Positions 1 through 8,843 of a stretch of 64,000 nucleotides of DNA are shown one piece after another; position 1 is the stretch's first letter, and every line of letters begins with the position of its first letter. A model generated the notes under the pieces. It saw nothing but the letters and a program-made list of their open reading frames with translations. It did no database searches and was not told the DNA's origin. The position numbers were made by a program, and so were the translations under genes. The stretch is from assembly GCA_033813635.1 (NCBI GenBank), contig JAPXRI010000005.1, positions 43,941 to 107,940 on the forward strand, in the 5' to 3' direction. The stretch is from Bacillota bacterium (GTDB lineage Bacteria > Bacillota > Clostridia > Oscillospirales > QAMX01).

Positions 1-865
1 TGTCGTGCTGCTTGTCAGTGCAGAACCCGTCGGAGTACCCTATCGGCAGGACCGCGATCTTGACGCTTTTTTTGCACTTATAGTCGGCGCCGTAGCCGAT
101 CGTTTGGTTTCTGTGGAGCCACCTGATCTCGACGATCTGGCACTCGGCGTAGCCGACTTTCGACAGGCCGAAATTGCTGCGGACGGCGATTCTGCCGGTC
201 AGAGCCGAGCCGACGCGGACGGCGTCCATCACCGTATAGGGGTATTTGAACAGGGCGGACGAATTAGCGCTGTGCAGCGTACCGGGATTGAACCCGGCGC
301 GTTTGACCTGGTCCACCACGCCTATGAATTTATCGTACTGGGACTTAACCGCCTTGCCGCTGGAGAAGGCCCGGTTGTAATGGGTGTACATCCCGGTTAC
401 GCGGAGAGCGGGCATGTATTTGTAAACCGACAGCACACGGTCGTATTCCTCTGGCAAGAAGCCGTACCGGCCCATGCCGGTGTCGATCTCAATGTGGACG
501 TCGATGGACGTCTGCTTTTTTTCGGCGATGCCGTTCAGCGCCACCGCAGTATCGTAGGAGCCGACCGTCGCGACAGCATTGTACTCTATCATTTTTTCGA
601 TTTCATCTGGGATAGAAGTTGAGCGCATCACGAGAATTTCCTCGTCGATGAACCCCGAATTTCTCAGCACGATCAGGTCCCTCGGCTCGGTAATCGCGAA
701 ATGCGATATGCCCTCGTCCCGAAGGATGTCGGCGACCTCGAGCAGGCCGAGTCCGTAGGCGTTTCCCTTTAAGACACCGTAAATAATCGCGTCACCGGCC
801 CGATGTCTGATAAGCTGGATATTGTTGTGAATTTTCTGTCTATCAACCACAAGGTACTTTGCCAT
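1..865 (-). CDS. alr: Alanine racemase, first ~288 codons (3' end lies beyond the window start)
   Basis: Not in the ORF track because it exits the window. Reverse-strand translation from the ATG (rc of 863-865) gives MAKYLVVDRQKIHNNIQLIRHRAGDAIIYGVLKGNAYGLGLLEV...HIEIDTGMGRYGF...KIAVLPIGYSDGF. This carries the PLP-lysine K-x-N-A-Y-G-x-G and IDTGM-x-R motifs of Alr. The listed 5..622(+) ORF is its antisense shadow. Confidence 0.85.
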   Translation of the reverse strand, partial: MAKYLVVDRQKIHNNIQLIRHRAGDAIIYGVLKGNAYGLGLLEVADILRDEGISHFAITEPRDLIVLRNSGFIDEEILVMRSTSIPDEIEKMIEYNAVATVGSYDTAVALNGIAEKKQTSIDVHIEIDTGMGRYGFLPEEYDRVLSVYKYMPALRVTGMYTHYNRAFSSGKAVKSQYDKFIGVVDQVKRAGFNPGTLHSANSSALFKYPYTVMDAVRVGSALTGRIAVRSNFGLSKVGYAECQIVEIRWLHRNQTIGYGADYKCKKSVKIAVLPIGYSDGFCTDKQHD

Positions 866-915
866 CATACTTCCGCCCCTTACCCGCTTTTTAGCACCGA
901 TGTTATATTTCTGTT

Positions 916-1968
916 TTACTTTTCCCCGAGCAATTTGCCGCTTGACAAATCATGCCTGATGCGTTTTCCGGCCTTTACTATTTTATCGACGGAAGGATTA
1001 AGCACGAGGTTAAACTCACCCAAAAACTCCGTGAATTCCCCGCTAAAGCCCTTTTTAAAGCGGTAGAGGCCGTAGAGAGGGTTTTCCGGTGACAGGTCGC
1101 CGGATACGCCTCTGAAGTCGTATATCCTGCAGCCAGAGTTAATCGCCCAGCGGATCATTTCCCACTGGAGCAGGTAGTTCGGCATCACGTTGCGGTGGCT
1201 GTTGCAGGAGGCGCCGTACAGATACCAGACCTTGTCGCCGAATTTTATCGCGATCGAACCGGCAATCGGCGAACCCTCGTAAAACGCGATATACAGCCGC
1301 GCGTTTTCGCCGAGATGGCTTAAAAGACTTTTGAAATAGCTCTCCTTTCGGACGACAAACCCGTCGCGGTTTCCGGTTTCGTCCATTATTCTGCAGAAAT
1401 CGTCAAGCCGTTCGGGGCCGCACACGGAGACGGTAACGCCCTTTTTCTGGGCAAGACGTATGTTGTACCTTGTTTTCGACTCAAACGCGCCGAAGACTTC
1501 CTCCTCCGTCCGCCCGCCGACGTCGAGCCTGAATACGTAGCGGGGCTGTATGGATTCAAAATTCTTATTTTCGGACGGCGGCTCAAACCCGAGGGAGAGA
1601 AGCGCTTCCTTGTAGGTCTGATTGTCGGACCTGATGTCCGGGTCAAGCTTGATTATATATGAGCGGTACTCCTTTGCCAGCTTTTTCGCGCCGTCGATGA
1701 GCTCGCGCAGCGCCTTCAGATCGTCCGGGTCGCAGACCGGACCCCTGCAGCCGTACATAATTGTATACGGCAGCAGCGGAAGCTTTCTGATAAGTACGGC
1801 CAGTGTTCCCTTCAGGTCGCCGTGTTCATCGTAGTAGAGTACGGCGTCCCATTTCCAATTTGATTTATGTTCTCCCCACATGCGCGTCTGCATGAAATGG
1901 CCCTTCGGGTGGGATGCGACGAAAGCGTCATATTCGTTATATCGGGACGGCCCGATAAAAAGCGTCAT
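916..1968 (-). CDS. FemAB-family peptidoglycan branch aminoacyltransferase (FemX/MurM-like)
   Basis: 350-aa ORF with full-length FemABX-like sequence (FMQTRMWGEHK..., YLYGASCNSHRNVMPNYLLQWEMIRWA...YDFRGVSG). It lies directly upstream of alr on the same strand. Confidence 0.8.
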   Translation of the reverse strand: MTLFIGPSRYNEYDAFVASHPKGHFMQTRMWGEHKSNWKWDAVLYYDEHGDLKGTLAVLIRKLPLLPYTIMYGCRGPVCDPDDLKALRELIDGAKKLAKEYRSYIIKLDPDIRSDNQTYKEALLSLGFEPPSENKNFESIQPRYVFRLDVGGRTEEEVFGAFESKTRYNIRLAQKKGVTVSVCGPERLDDFCRIMDETGNRDGFVVRKESYFKSLLSHLGENARLYIAFYEGSPIAGSIAIKFGDKVWYLYGASCNSHRNVMPNYLLQWEMIRWAINSGCRIYDFRGVSGDLSPENPLYGLYRFKKGFSGEFTEFLGEFNLVLNPSVDKIVKAGKRIRHDLSSGKLLGEK

Positions 1969-2079
1969 TTGTAATTAACCTCGCAAAAGCTTTTAATTCT
2001 TTCGTTAATATTCTACATCAAAACGGTATATAAGTAAAGAGTTAGCCGGTGCAAATTATAAAAATGCGCAAGCGAAAGC

Positions 2080-3960
2080 TCAATGAGCCACGGGAAGGAC
2101 AAAGGAAACGCCGAATTTATTTCCGTCGGACGTATGCTCAAGCCTTCCGCCGTTCAGCGCGAGATATTCCTTGGCGAGCGAGAGGCCAGTCGCCAGCGCG
2201 ACGGAGGCATTGTCGGAGCAGGCGTATGGCGACTCGATATTGACAATGATGAAGCGCCAAACCTGTCCCTCCTTCCGGAGAACCATCTCCACATCCGAGC
2301 CGGACAGCGCGTACATCGCGAGATTAGAGAGCAGAATGTCCAGCGCGGCCCGTATATGGCTCATATCGGCCGTAATAAAGGCGGGCGGGGGCGGGAGCTT
2401 GGCGTGCACCTTGAGCTGGGCCGCGGACAGCTCCGGGAGCTTTGAGTTCATCACTTCGTCCAGCAGCGCGAGAAAATCGATGCGTTTCAGCACCGGCGCG
2501 GTCACCGGCGAATCGAGCATGATCGTATCCGTCATTTTATCCGAGATGGAGGCAATCCGCTTGGATATCGCCAGGATCTCGGGATTGTTCTGACCGGTGT
2601 CGCCGGCGAGCTCTTTCAGCAGACCGGACTGCTCCTTCAGCTCGCTCAGCGACGAGAGGATCTCGGACAGCTTTTTATTTGACTGGCGGAATTTCAGATC
2701 GGCCGCCGCCGATATAGACTCGTCTATTTTCGATATGTTTGTCTTAAGCTCGTACAGGTCGTCCTTTTCGTCCAACTTGATATCGGGCAGTCTGTCGCCG
2801 ATCGTAATCGCCGAGGAAAAACGCGTAAGTTCGGAGATATCGTTGACAAGCGACGAATACCCCTTGAAAAAAAGCGCGAAAACTACGCCGAAATACAGAA
2901 TGTAAAACGGGATCAGGATCCTGACTACGGCGAGCCCGAGAAAGGCGTCGCTCGCGAAAAAAAGAGCGAACGGCAGCGCGAAGCCGAATATAAATAGCGT
3001 CAAAACCTGCCGGCGCACCTTAATCTGCAGCGGCATCACGGGGACAACCCTGTCGTATATCGATTTAAGGTACAGGTACAAGTCGTAACAGAGGCTTTTT
3101 TTGAAGAACGTGCGGGGCGCGTACTGCGCGTTGCATTTGATTATATATAAGAGCGGAATTCCCAGCGCGAGGACAATGATGAAAAAGCGGGCGCCAATCC
3201 GTCCGGTCTGTCCGTAGATCAGCCACACCGCGAGCGCGATGACCGCGAGCTTAAACTCGATATACACCCAGCTGACGGCCGAAGAGATCGCCCGCTCTAT
3301 GCGGCGCCTGGCGCTTCCGCCGGAGAGAACCACGGACATCGCGACAAGAAACGCGCCCGTGGCCGCGAACAGATAGTGCATTCCGTTTTTCAGCAGCGTG
3401 AACTCAATCCTCGCGTAGCCGTAGCCTTCCAGCGCTGCTCTCGGCTCGAGGACGGCGAGAATAATGACCGTGTCGCCGTAATTTCTCTGCTCCCCGTCGA
3501 ATATCTCCGTGCCGGATCTCTCATAGGGGACCTCGAACGCAACGCTCTCACCTGACGCGCTGCTCTCGCCCTTGTAGGTTCCGGCGGAATATCTGCAGTA
3601 ATAGGGGTAGGAGGCGTTGTCGAGGTAAAGGCTTTCGAAGGTGGGCACGTCGTACACCTCCGGGTCGCTGCAAAGCGTCAGCCCGGTGCCGGCGCTGTAG
3701 GCGAAATACACCAGCTCGTCGTCGTAGCGAAAGCTGACATCGCCGTCGGAAGTGACGGCGGCGTACAGCGAATCGAAATTTTCCAGTGTTACCCGGCGGA
3801 AGGTGCTTGTGGCGGTGTAGTCGAGCACGTCTCCCTCGTTGTTCTTAAGCGCGGAGGAATAGCCGAGCCCGATTAGAATAATCGAAGATGCGGAAATATA
3901 TGTAAACAGCATGAAAAGCAACACAAAAGCCGTAGCCAGACCGCGGAAAAACTTCCTCAT
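2080..3960 (-). CDS. Multi-pass membrane protein with a degenerate histidine-kinase-like C-terminus (HATPase_c-like)
   Basis: 626 aa. It has an N-terminal TM helix, a ~170-aa extracytoplasmic segment, about 6 TM helices, a coiled-coil segment and a C-terminal GHKL-like domain (N-box-like ILLSNLAMYA, then GLSLAKEY...GVSFVLPV). No His occurs at the H-box position and the G1 box (DxGxG) is not recognisable. Confidence 0.6.
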   Translation of the reverse strand: MRKFFRGLATAFVLLFMLFTYISASSIILIGLGYSSALKNNEGDVLDYTATSTFRRVTLENFDSLYAAVTSDGDVSFRYDDELVYFAYSAGTGLTLCSDPEVYDVPTFESLYLDNASYPYYCRYSAGTYKGESSASGESVAFEVPYERSGTEIFDGEQRNYGDTVIILAVLEPRAALEGYGYARIEFTLLKNGMHYLFAATGAFLVAMSVVLSGGSARRRIERAISSAVSWVYIEFKLAVIALAVWLIYGQTGRIGARFFIIVLALGIPLLYIIKCNAQYAPRTFFKKSLCYDLYLYLKSIYDRVVPVMPLQIKVRRQVLTLFIFGFALPFALFFASDAFLGLAVVRILIPFYILYFGVVFALFFKGYSSLVNDISELTRFSSAITIGDRLPDIKLDEKDDLYELKTNISKIDESISAAADLKFRQSNKKLSEILSSLSELKEQSGLLKELAGDTGQNNPEILAISKRIASISDKMTDTIMLDSPVTAPVLKRIDFLALLDEVMNSKLPELSAAQLKVHAKLPPPPAFITADMSHIRAALDILLSNLAMYALSGSDVEMVLRKEGQVWRFIIVNIESPYACSDNASVALATGLSLAKEYLALNGGRLEHTSDGNKFGVSFVLPVAH

Positions 3961-4197
3961 CGCGCCTCACCTTTCGTGGATAAATAGTCGGATTGAAAAG
4001 CAGAAAATGATCGCTTGTTATCCATTATAGCACAAAAAAACGGGGTTTCATATAGGCAATTGATATATAAAGCGCGTAAAGCCGGCCGATAGGGTTACAA
4101 AAACATTATACCACATCTTTATACGGTTTTAGTGAAATATTTCGGGTAAAACGGCGAATGTTTTTTCGACATGCCAGAAGATTTTGGCGCGAAATTA

Positions 4198-4206
4198 TGA
4201 TATAAT
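4198..4206 (+). promoter_or_regulatory. Candidate extended -10 promoter element (TGATATAAT)
   Basis: TGnTATAAT at 4198-4206 abuts the first ATG of the 4207 ORF. This argues that the real start is the RBS-preceded ATG at 4273. The -35 is weak. Confidence 0.35.
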
Positions 4207-4272
4207 ATGACAGGTTGGCACCAAGCGGGCTTGTTTGAACCGAAAATTTCGCTAAAAACGGGGGAAAAACTG

Positions 4273-4905
4273 ATGCTGAAAACGGACAGGACCTGCGTGA
4301 TGAATATGGAAAACGCGATCCGCGGCGCGAGAAACCCGATGAACAGCTGGGCGAAATCGGACAGCTATTTTGACGAAAACGGCAGGTTTGTGCTGGGTGA
4401 GAACGACCTGAAGCTGGCGAGGGGCCTCTGCGCCGCCGGGAGCGACGAGCGGAAATTTATCCGCCAGATATTCGTCTCGGTGGATATCACCGCGCCGCTG
4501 TACTGGTGGAAGGAGTTTGACACCTACAAGGTCGGCACGGTCTCGAATTCGACGAGCACGATGCACAAGCTCCACGCAAAGCCGATTGAGGTCTCGGATT
4601 TCAGCACCGACCGCATGACTGCCGAGAGCCTCGAAAAATTCCGGGCCTACCTTTCCTATCTCGAGCAGGTAAGGCTGCGTTATATAGAGACCGGGGACAA
4701 GCTCTGGTGGGACGATTTGATTCAGCTTCTGCCGTCAAGCTACAACCAGCTCCGCACGGTCACGATGAATTACGAGAATCTGACGAATATGCACTCCGCG
4801 CGGAAATATCACAAGCTTGCGGAGTGGAGAGCGTTTTGCCGCTGGATTGAAGCCCTGCCCTACGCAAACGAATTGATTATAAAAGACGCGCCGGATAAAA
4901 AATAG
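4273..4905 (+). CDS. ThyX-fold (Thy1-like) protein lacking the ThyX RHR...S...R motif
   Basis: The ORF is 4207..4905. I prefer the ATG at 4273, which has GGGGG 8 nt upstream. It aligns by eye to ThyX: APLYWWKEFDTYKVGTVSNSTSTMH versus ThyX [25 protein letters not shown], and ARKYHKLAEWRAFCRWI versus LRADSHAQWEIQQYA. The substrate-binding Arg/His/Ser residues are replaced. Confidence 0.55.
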   Translation: MLKTDRTCVMNMENAIRGARNPMNSWAKSDSYFDENGRFVLGENDLKLARGLCAAGSDERKFIRQIFVSVDITAPLYWWKEFDTYKVGTVSNSTSTMHKLHAKPIEVSDFSTDRMTAESLEKFRAYLSYLEQVRLRYIETGDKLWWDDLIQLLPSSYNQLRTVTMNYENLTNMHSARKYHKLAEWRAFCRWIEALPYANELIIKDAPDKK

Positions 4906-4937
4906 ACCGGCTACCCATGTCTTTAGGAGAATTATAT

Positions 4938-5618
4938 ATGCAGCTGTTTGACGTCCATGTTCACACCGCCGAGGTGAGCCACTGCGGGCGGCTCTCCGCA
5001 TCGGAGACGGTAGAAATCTACGTGTCCGCAGGCTATGACGGCATCTGTGTGACAGATCATTACAACCGGGGTTATTTCGAATCCCTTGAGGGGTCCTGGA
5101 GCGAGAGAATCGACCGCTATTACAGCGGGTACGAAATCGCGCGTGCCCGAGGCGAAAAGCTGGGACTGACGGTTCTGCACGGCGCTGAAATCAGGATCGA
5201 CGGCGCGGGAAACGAATACCTTGTCTACGGCGTCTCAAAGGAGGATATGATTTCGCACCCTCACCTCTACGCGCTCACCATTGAGGAGCTCTCGGATTTC
5301 GTCCACTCCCACGGAGGCATGATCTTCGAGGCGCACCCGTTCAGACCGGATCTGTTTCTGGCGGACACCCGTTTTCTGGACGGGATTGAAGTTTTCAACG
5401 GCAACCCTAGGCATAACTCCTCAAACTACAGGGCGATAGGCGCCGCGGCGGAGAACGGCATGCTGATGCTCTCGGGCTCGGATTCCCACGAGCACGGGGA
5501 CTGCGGCCTCGGCGGCATGGTTTTCAGGACACCTGTCAAAACGGAGGCAGACCTCCTTAGTGCCTTTCGAAGCGGAAACTACGCGTTTTTGGTCACGCCC
5601 CAAAAGCTTGTTAAATAA
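4938..5618 (+). CDS. PHP-domain metal-dependent phosphoesterase
   Basis: N-terminal FDVHVHT (HxH), then VTDH, EAHPF and SGSDSH motifs of the PHP family. The start is moved to ATG 4938, which has the RBS TAGGAGA 7 nt upstream. Confidence 0.75.
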   Translation: MQLFDVHVHTAEVSHCGRLSASETVEIYVSAGYDGICVTDHYNRGYFESLEGSWSERIDRYYSGYEIARARGEKLGLTVLHGAEIRIDGAGNEYLVYGVSKEDMISHPHLYALTIEELSDFVHSHGGMIFEAHPFRPDLFLADTRFLDGIEVFNGNPRHNSSNYRAIGAAAENGMLMLSGSDSHEHGDCGLGGMVFRTPVKTEADLLSAFRSGNYAFLVTPQKLVK

Positions 5619-5640
5619 AGCTTATCATTAAAAAGAAAAC

Positions 5641-5667
5641 GAGCGCTCCGCCGTCGGCGGAGCGCTC
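5641..5667. terminator. Perfect 12-bp hairpin between convergent genes (bidirectional terminator candidate)
   Basis: GAGCGCTCCGCC-gtc-GGCGGAGCGCTC, lying between the PHP stop (5618) and the URO-D-family stop (5675). Confidence 0.6.
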
Positions 5668-5674
5668 GCTGTTA

Positions 5675-6781
5675 TCAGTATCTTCCGTACCTATGCGCGG
5701 CGGAATACATCGCCACCACGTTTTCGGCCGGAGTGTTGTCCTGTATCGCGTGTGTCGGCGCGAAGTGGTAGCCGCGCTTTTCCATCATTATCCCGAGGGT
5801 TTCCCGGCAGACCTCCGTGACGTCCTCCGGTGTGCCGTAGGCGAGCGGGCCGGCGGTGGAGATACAGCCGCGGAAATTCAGCCTTCCGCCGAAACGCTCC
5901 GCCAGATGACGGGGGCTCATGTCCGCGGCCTCGGGCTGGAGCGTGTCGACACCGCGGACGCCCATCTCAATAAAATCCTCGTAGACCCAGCTGGAGGAGC
6001 CGCAGGTGTGGATCAGAACGGGTTTATTGTAGGCGTTCGCCAGGTCGATAAAGCGCTTATGTATCGGCTTTAGAACCCTCCTGTACAGCTCAAGGCTGAT
6101 CATCGGGCCGATCTGCGTCCCGAGGTCCTCGCCGAGCCAGACAAAATCGACGCGCTCCCCGCACTTGTCAAGAAGGCGCTCCATATAGGCGAGCTGGAAA
6201 TCTGCACGCCTTCGCATAAACCGCATCGCGGGCGGATGCTCCGTGATCAGGTGGCACAAGACGTCCTCCATGCCCATGATGCGCCCGTTTGAGTTGATCA
6301 CGTCGGGGATCCCCGCACCGCCTATGCAGACGGCATAATCGCCGGCGTTCAGAGCGGCTTCCAGAGCGGCGTCATAGTCGAAATCGTCCGCATTCGGTAC
6401 AGGGTATGTGTCGAACAGCTCATCAGAGGCGTCCTTTAGCGGGAAATCGCAGAAATCCCAGTACTCCCCGGATTTATGCGTGATCTTTCTCATATAACAG
6501 CCCTCGAGCCTGTCGACTCTCCGGCCTTCCCTCTGAGGGAACAGGTCCGGCCCGGTATAGGGCGCGCCGATGCCGCGATAATCCAGACCCAGCGCCTGCC
6601 GGAGCTCCTCGCCGTTATCCGGCGAAATCCCGAGCAGGGCGCACAGCCTTCTGTGTATCCCGGGGTTGACGTCGTAGCCGATCGGCACTCTGTCCGTCTT
6701 TTCGAAGTTGAACGTCCGCAGTACGCGCTCCCTGGATGTCATCGTCTCGGGAGCCTTTTCTATCACCATATGACCGACCAT
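5675..6781 (-). CDS. Uroporphyrinogen-decarboxylase (URO-D) family protein (MtaA/CmuA-like methyltransferase or decarboxylase fold)
   Basis: 368 aa with URO-D-like sequence throughout (FEKTDRVPIGYD..., WLGEDLGTQIGPMIS..., LIHTCGSSSWVYEDFIEMGVRGVDTLQPEA). The start codon is uncertain (M1, M5 or M14). Confidence 0.7.
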   Translation of the reverse strand: MVGHMVIEKAPETMTSRERVLRTFNFEKTDRVPIGYDVNPGIHRRLCALLGISPDNGEELRQALGLDYRGIGAPYTGPDLFPQREGRRVDRLEGCYMRKITHKSGEYWDFCDFPLKDASDELFDTYPVPNADDFDYDAALEAALNAGDYAVCIGGAGIPDVINSNGRIMGMEDVLCHLITEHPPAMRFMRRRADFQLAYMERLLDKCGERVDFVWLGEDLGTQIGPMISLELYRRVLKPIHKRFIDLANAYNKPVLIHTCGSSSWVYEDFIEMGVRGVDTLQPEAADMSPRHLAERFGGRLNFRGCISTAGPLAYGTPEDVTEVCRETLGIMMEKRGYHFAPTHAIQDNTPAENVVAMYSAAHRYGRY

Positions 6782-6838
6782 CCCTTAAGGCAGGTTATTT
6801 TGTAAACATATCATACCGCGGACATCGGTCAAATGCAA

Positions 6839-7858
6839 CTATTTTTTTGCGGCCAGCACCGTCCCAGGGTAATAGTACGAGAGGATATCCTGATACGACC
6901 AGCCGGAAAGCGCGAGAACCTTCGCGCCGTTCTGGCTCATCCCGACGCCGTGCCCGTAGCCCTCGGTGTTGAACAGCAGACGGTCCGCTCCCTGGGTGAC
7001 GGTGAAATCCGCGCTTTTCAGCCCGCAGAGGAACCGGATGCTCATCCCGTTGACGGTGACGCCGCCGACCTCCGCGCTTAAGACCGTGCCGGACGGGGCA
7101 CGCAGGATGTTTTCAAACCAGGCGTCATCGTCGTCGCTCAGGACGGCGTCGGGGTATTTTTCGAGAAAAACCTTCTTAAAATCGGCTTTGGAGACGACGA
7201 CGCTGTCGGTGTAGCCGTTAAGCTCCGACTCGCCCTCGGGCGCGTCGACGCTGACGAGGTAAGGGACGTCGGTTCCCCAGATATCCTTCGCGCTGTTGGT
7301 CTTCGACCCCGACATCGCGTGGAACACCGTGAGCGCGGGTTTTGAGTCGTAATATAAAACCATGTCGCGGGTGTCCGCGACGGCGTCGGTGATGCGCCTG
7401 ATATAGCTGCTCCCGTTTTCACCCCAGCTCACCGCGAGCGTGTTCAGGTCGGCAAGGGCGCAGCAGCAGGCGGGGTCGTCGCATATAACCGCGTCGGGGT
7501 GCGCGGAGGAATCGACTCCCTCCTTGTAGTATATATAGGTCCGCGCGGCCACGGACTGCGCCCTGAGCGCCTGCTCCGGGAACAGCGCCGGCATTTCGGC
7601 GGCCACGACCGCGGCGACCAGTTCTTCGAGCTCGTATTCGGTCAGCACACCGTCGACCATCACGCTCACCGTGCCGGAATGCGGTTCATGCGCGGTTTCC
7701 GTGCCCGGGGGCTTTGTTTTAGCCGTCGACGCCCCGGTGTGCGCGCTCGTGGATACGACGTTTTTCCAAGATGCCGCGCCGCCCGCTCTGTAGGCTACCA
7801 GGGGCAGCAGAAACGCGGAAGTCCACAGAGCCAGCACCAGCATCGAAGTTCTTTTCAT
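6839..7858 (-). CDS. spoIID: Stage II sporulation protein D (lytic transglycosylase SpoIID)
   Basis: Signal/TM N-terminus, ALRAQSVAARTY, TVFHAMSGSKTNSAKDIWG and GYGHGVGMSQNGAKVLA motifs of SpoIID/LytB. Confidence 0.85.
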   Translation of the reverse strand: MKRTSMLVLALWTSAFLLPLVAYRAGGAASWKNVVSTSAHTGASTAKTKPPGTETAHEPHSGTVSVMVDGVLTEYELEELVAAVVAAEMPALFPEQALRAQSVAARTYIYYKEGVDSSAHPDAVICDDPACCCALADLNTLAVSWGENGSSYIRRITDAVADTRDMVLYYDSKPALTVFHAMSGSKTNSAKDIWGTDVPYLVSVDAPEGESELNGYTDSVVVSKADFKKVFLEKYPDAVLSDDDDAWFENILRAPSGTVLSAEVGGVTVNGMSIRFLCGLKSADFTVTQGADRLLFNTEGYGHGVGMSQNGAKVLALSGWSYQDILSYYYPGTVLAAKK

Positions 7859-7922
7859 AACTTGTCCTCTCCTTCGCGGATTTGCTTTATATATCTCTAT
7901 TCAAACCGGGAGAGGGATATAC

Positions 7923-7960
7923 AAAAAAACGGACGCGGCAACACAGACTCTGCCGCGTCC
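7923..7960 (-). terminator. Rho-independent terminator after the pncB-adh-pfkB gene string
   Basis: On the minus strand, GGACGCGGCA-N10-TGCCGCGTCC is followed by a run of seven T, 18 nt downstream of the pfkB-family stop. Confidence 0.7.
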
Positions 7961-7977
7961 GATGGCTTTATGCGGTT

Positions 7978-8841
7978 TTATTCGGGCAGGGCGCCCTTGT
8001 GGGCGACGGTCCTGGCGCCGGCGGCGTTGCCCTCCCCGAGCGCCGCGGACAGGTCGCGGGTCGAAAGCCAGGAAGCGAGGAAACCGGCCGAAAAAGCGTC
8101 GCCGGCGCCGACTGTGTCAACCACCGGCGCGTCGACCGCGGGTGAGAACGCGGAGCCGACGTCTCTGCGGTAGGCCGCGGCGCCCTCCTTCCCGAGGGTG
8201 ACGACCACGAGCCTGCAGGGAAATTCCTTAAATATCCGCTCCGCGAACGCTTCCCTTTGCAGGGTCTGTCCAAAGAGCAGGGGGGAGACAATCTCGATTT
8301 CCGTGTCGTTCAGCTTAAAAACAGTGCTGAGATCGATCGAGGAGGCGATGATCTCCCGGTCGAAATAGGCCTTTCGCAGGTTAACATCGAAAAATCTTTC
8401 CGCGTCCGGCAGCGCACCGAGAAGAGAGCGGATCGCGCGCTTTGCCGCATCGCTTCTCTTCTGCGCCAGCGAGCCGAAGACGACCGCGTCCGGCCGGAGC
8501 GCGGAAATTCTTTCAAGCTCGGTTTCCGAAAGGGAGACAAAATCGTAGGCGGCGTTTTCGGGCAGCTCAAAGCGCTCGTTCCCGTCGCGCTCGGGGTGAA
8601 CGACGGCTATCCCCGTTTTGTGGGCGGGGTCTGTTTTTACAAAGCTCCTGTCTATTTTATACCGGTACATTTTCGAGAGCGCGGTCGCGCCGAGAGTGTC
8701 CGCACCGACGGCGGAGACTATGTACGAACGAACCCCGAACCGTGCGAGATGCGCCGCCACGTTGAGCGGAGCGCCGCCGAAGTAATAATCGTCCCCTATT
8801 TTGTCAAAAAGGACCTCTCCGACACAAAACACCCTAAACAT
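7978..8841 (-). CDS. PfkB-family carbohydrate kinase (fructokinase-like)
   Basis: N-terminal CVGEVLFD...GGAPLNVA and C-terminal VDTVGAGDAFSAGF (the PfkB DTxGAGD signature). Confidence 0.8.
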   Translation of the reverse strand: MFRVFCVGEVLFDKIGDDYYFGGAPLNVAAHLARFGVRSYIVSAVGADTLGATALSKMYRYKIDRSFVKTDPAHKTGIAVVHPERDGNERFELPENAAYDFVSLSETELERISALRPDAVVFGSLAQKRSDAAKRAIRSLLGALPDAERFFDVNLRKAYFDREIIASSIDLSTVFKLNDTEIEIVSPLLFGQTLQREAFAERIFKEFPCRLVVVTLGKEGAAAYRRDVGSAFSPAVDAPVVDTVGAGDAFSAGFLASWLSTRDLSAALGEGNAAGARTVAHKGALPE

Positions 8842-8843
8842 AA

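Noticed and set aside
5-622. 205-aa plus-strand ORF at the window start
   Set aside because: It is the antisense shadow of alanine racemase, which reads cleanly on the minus strand. The ORF's composition is Arg/Ala/Gly-rich and it has no motifs.
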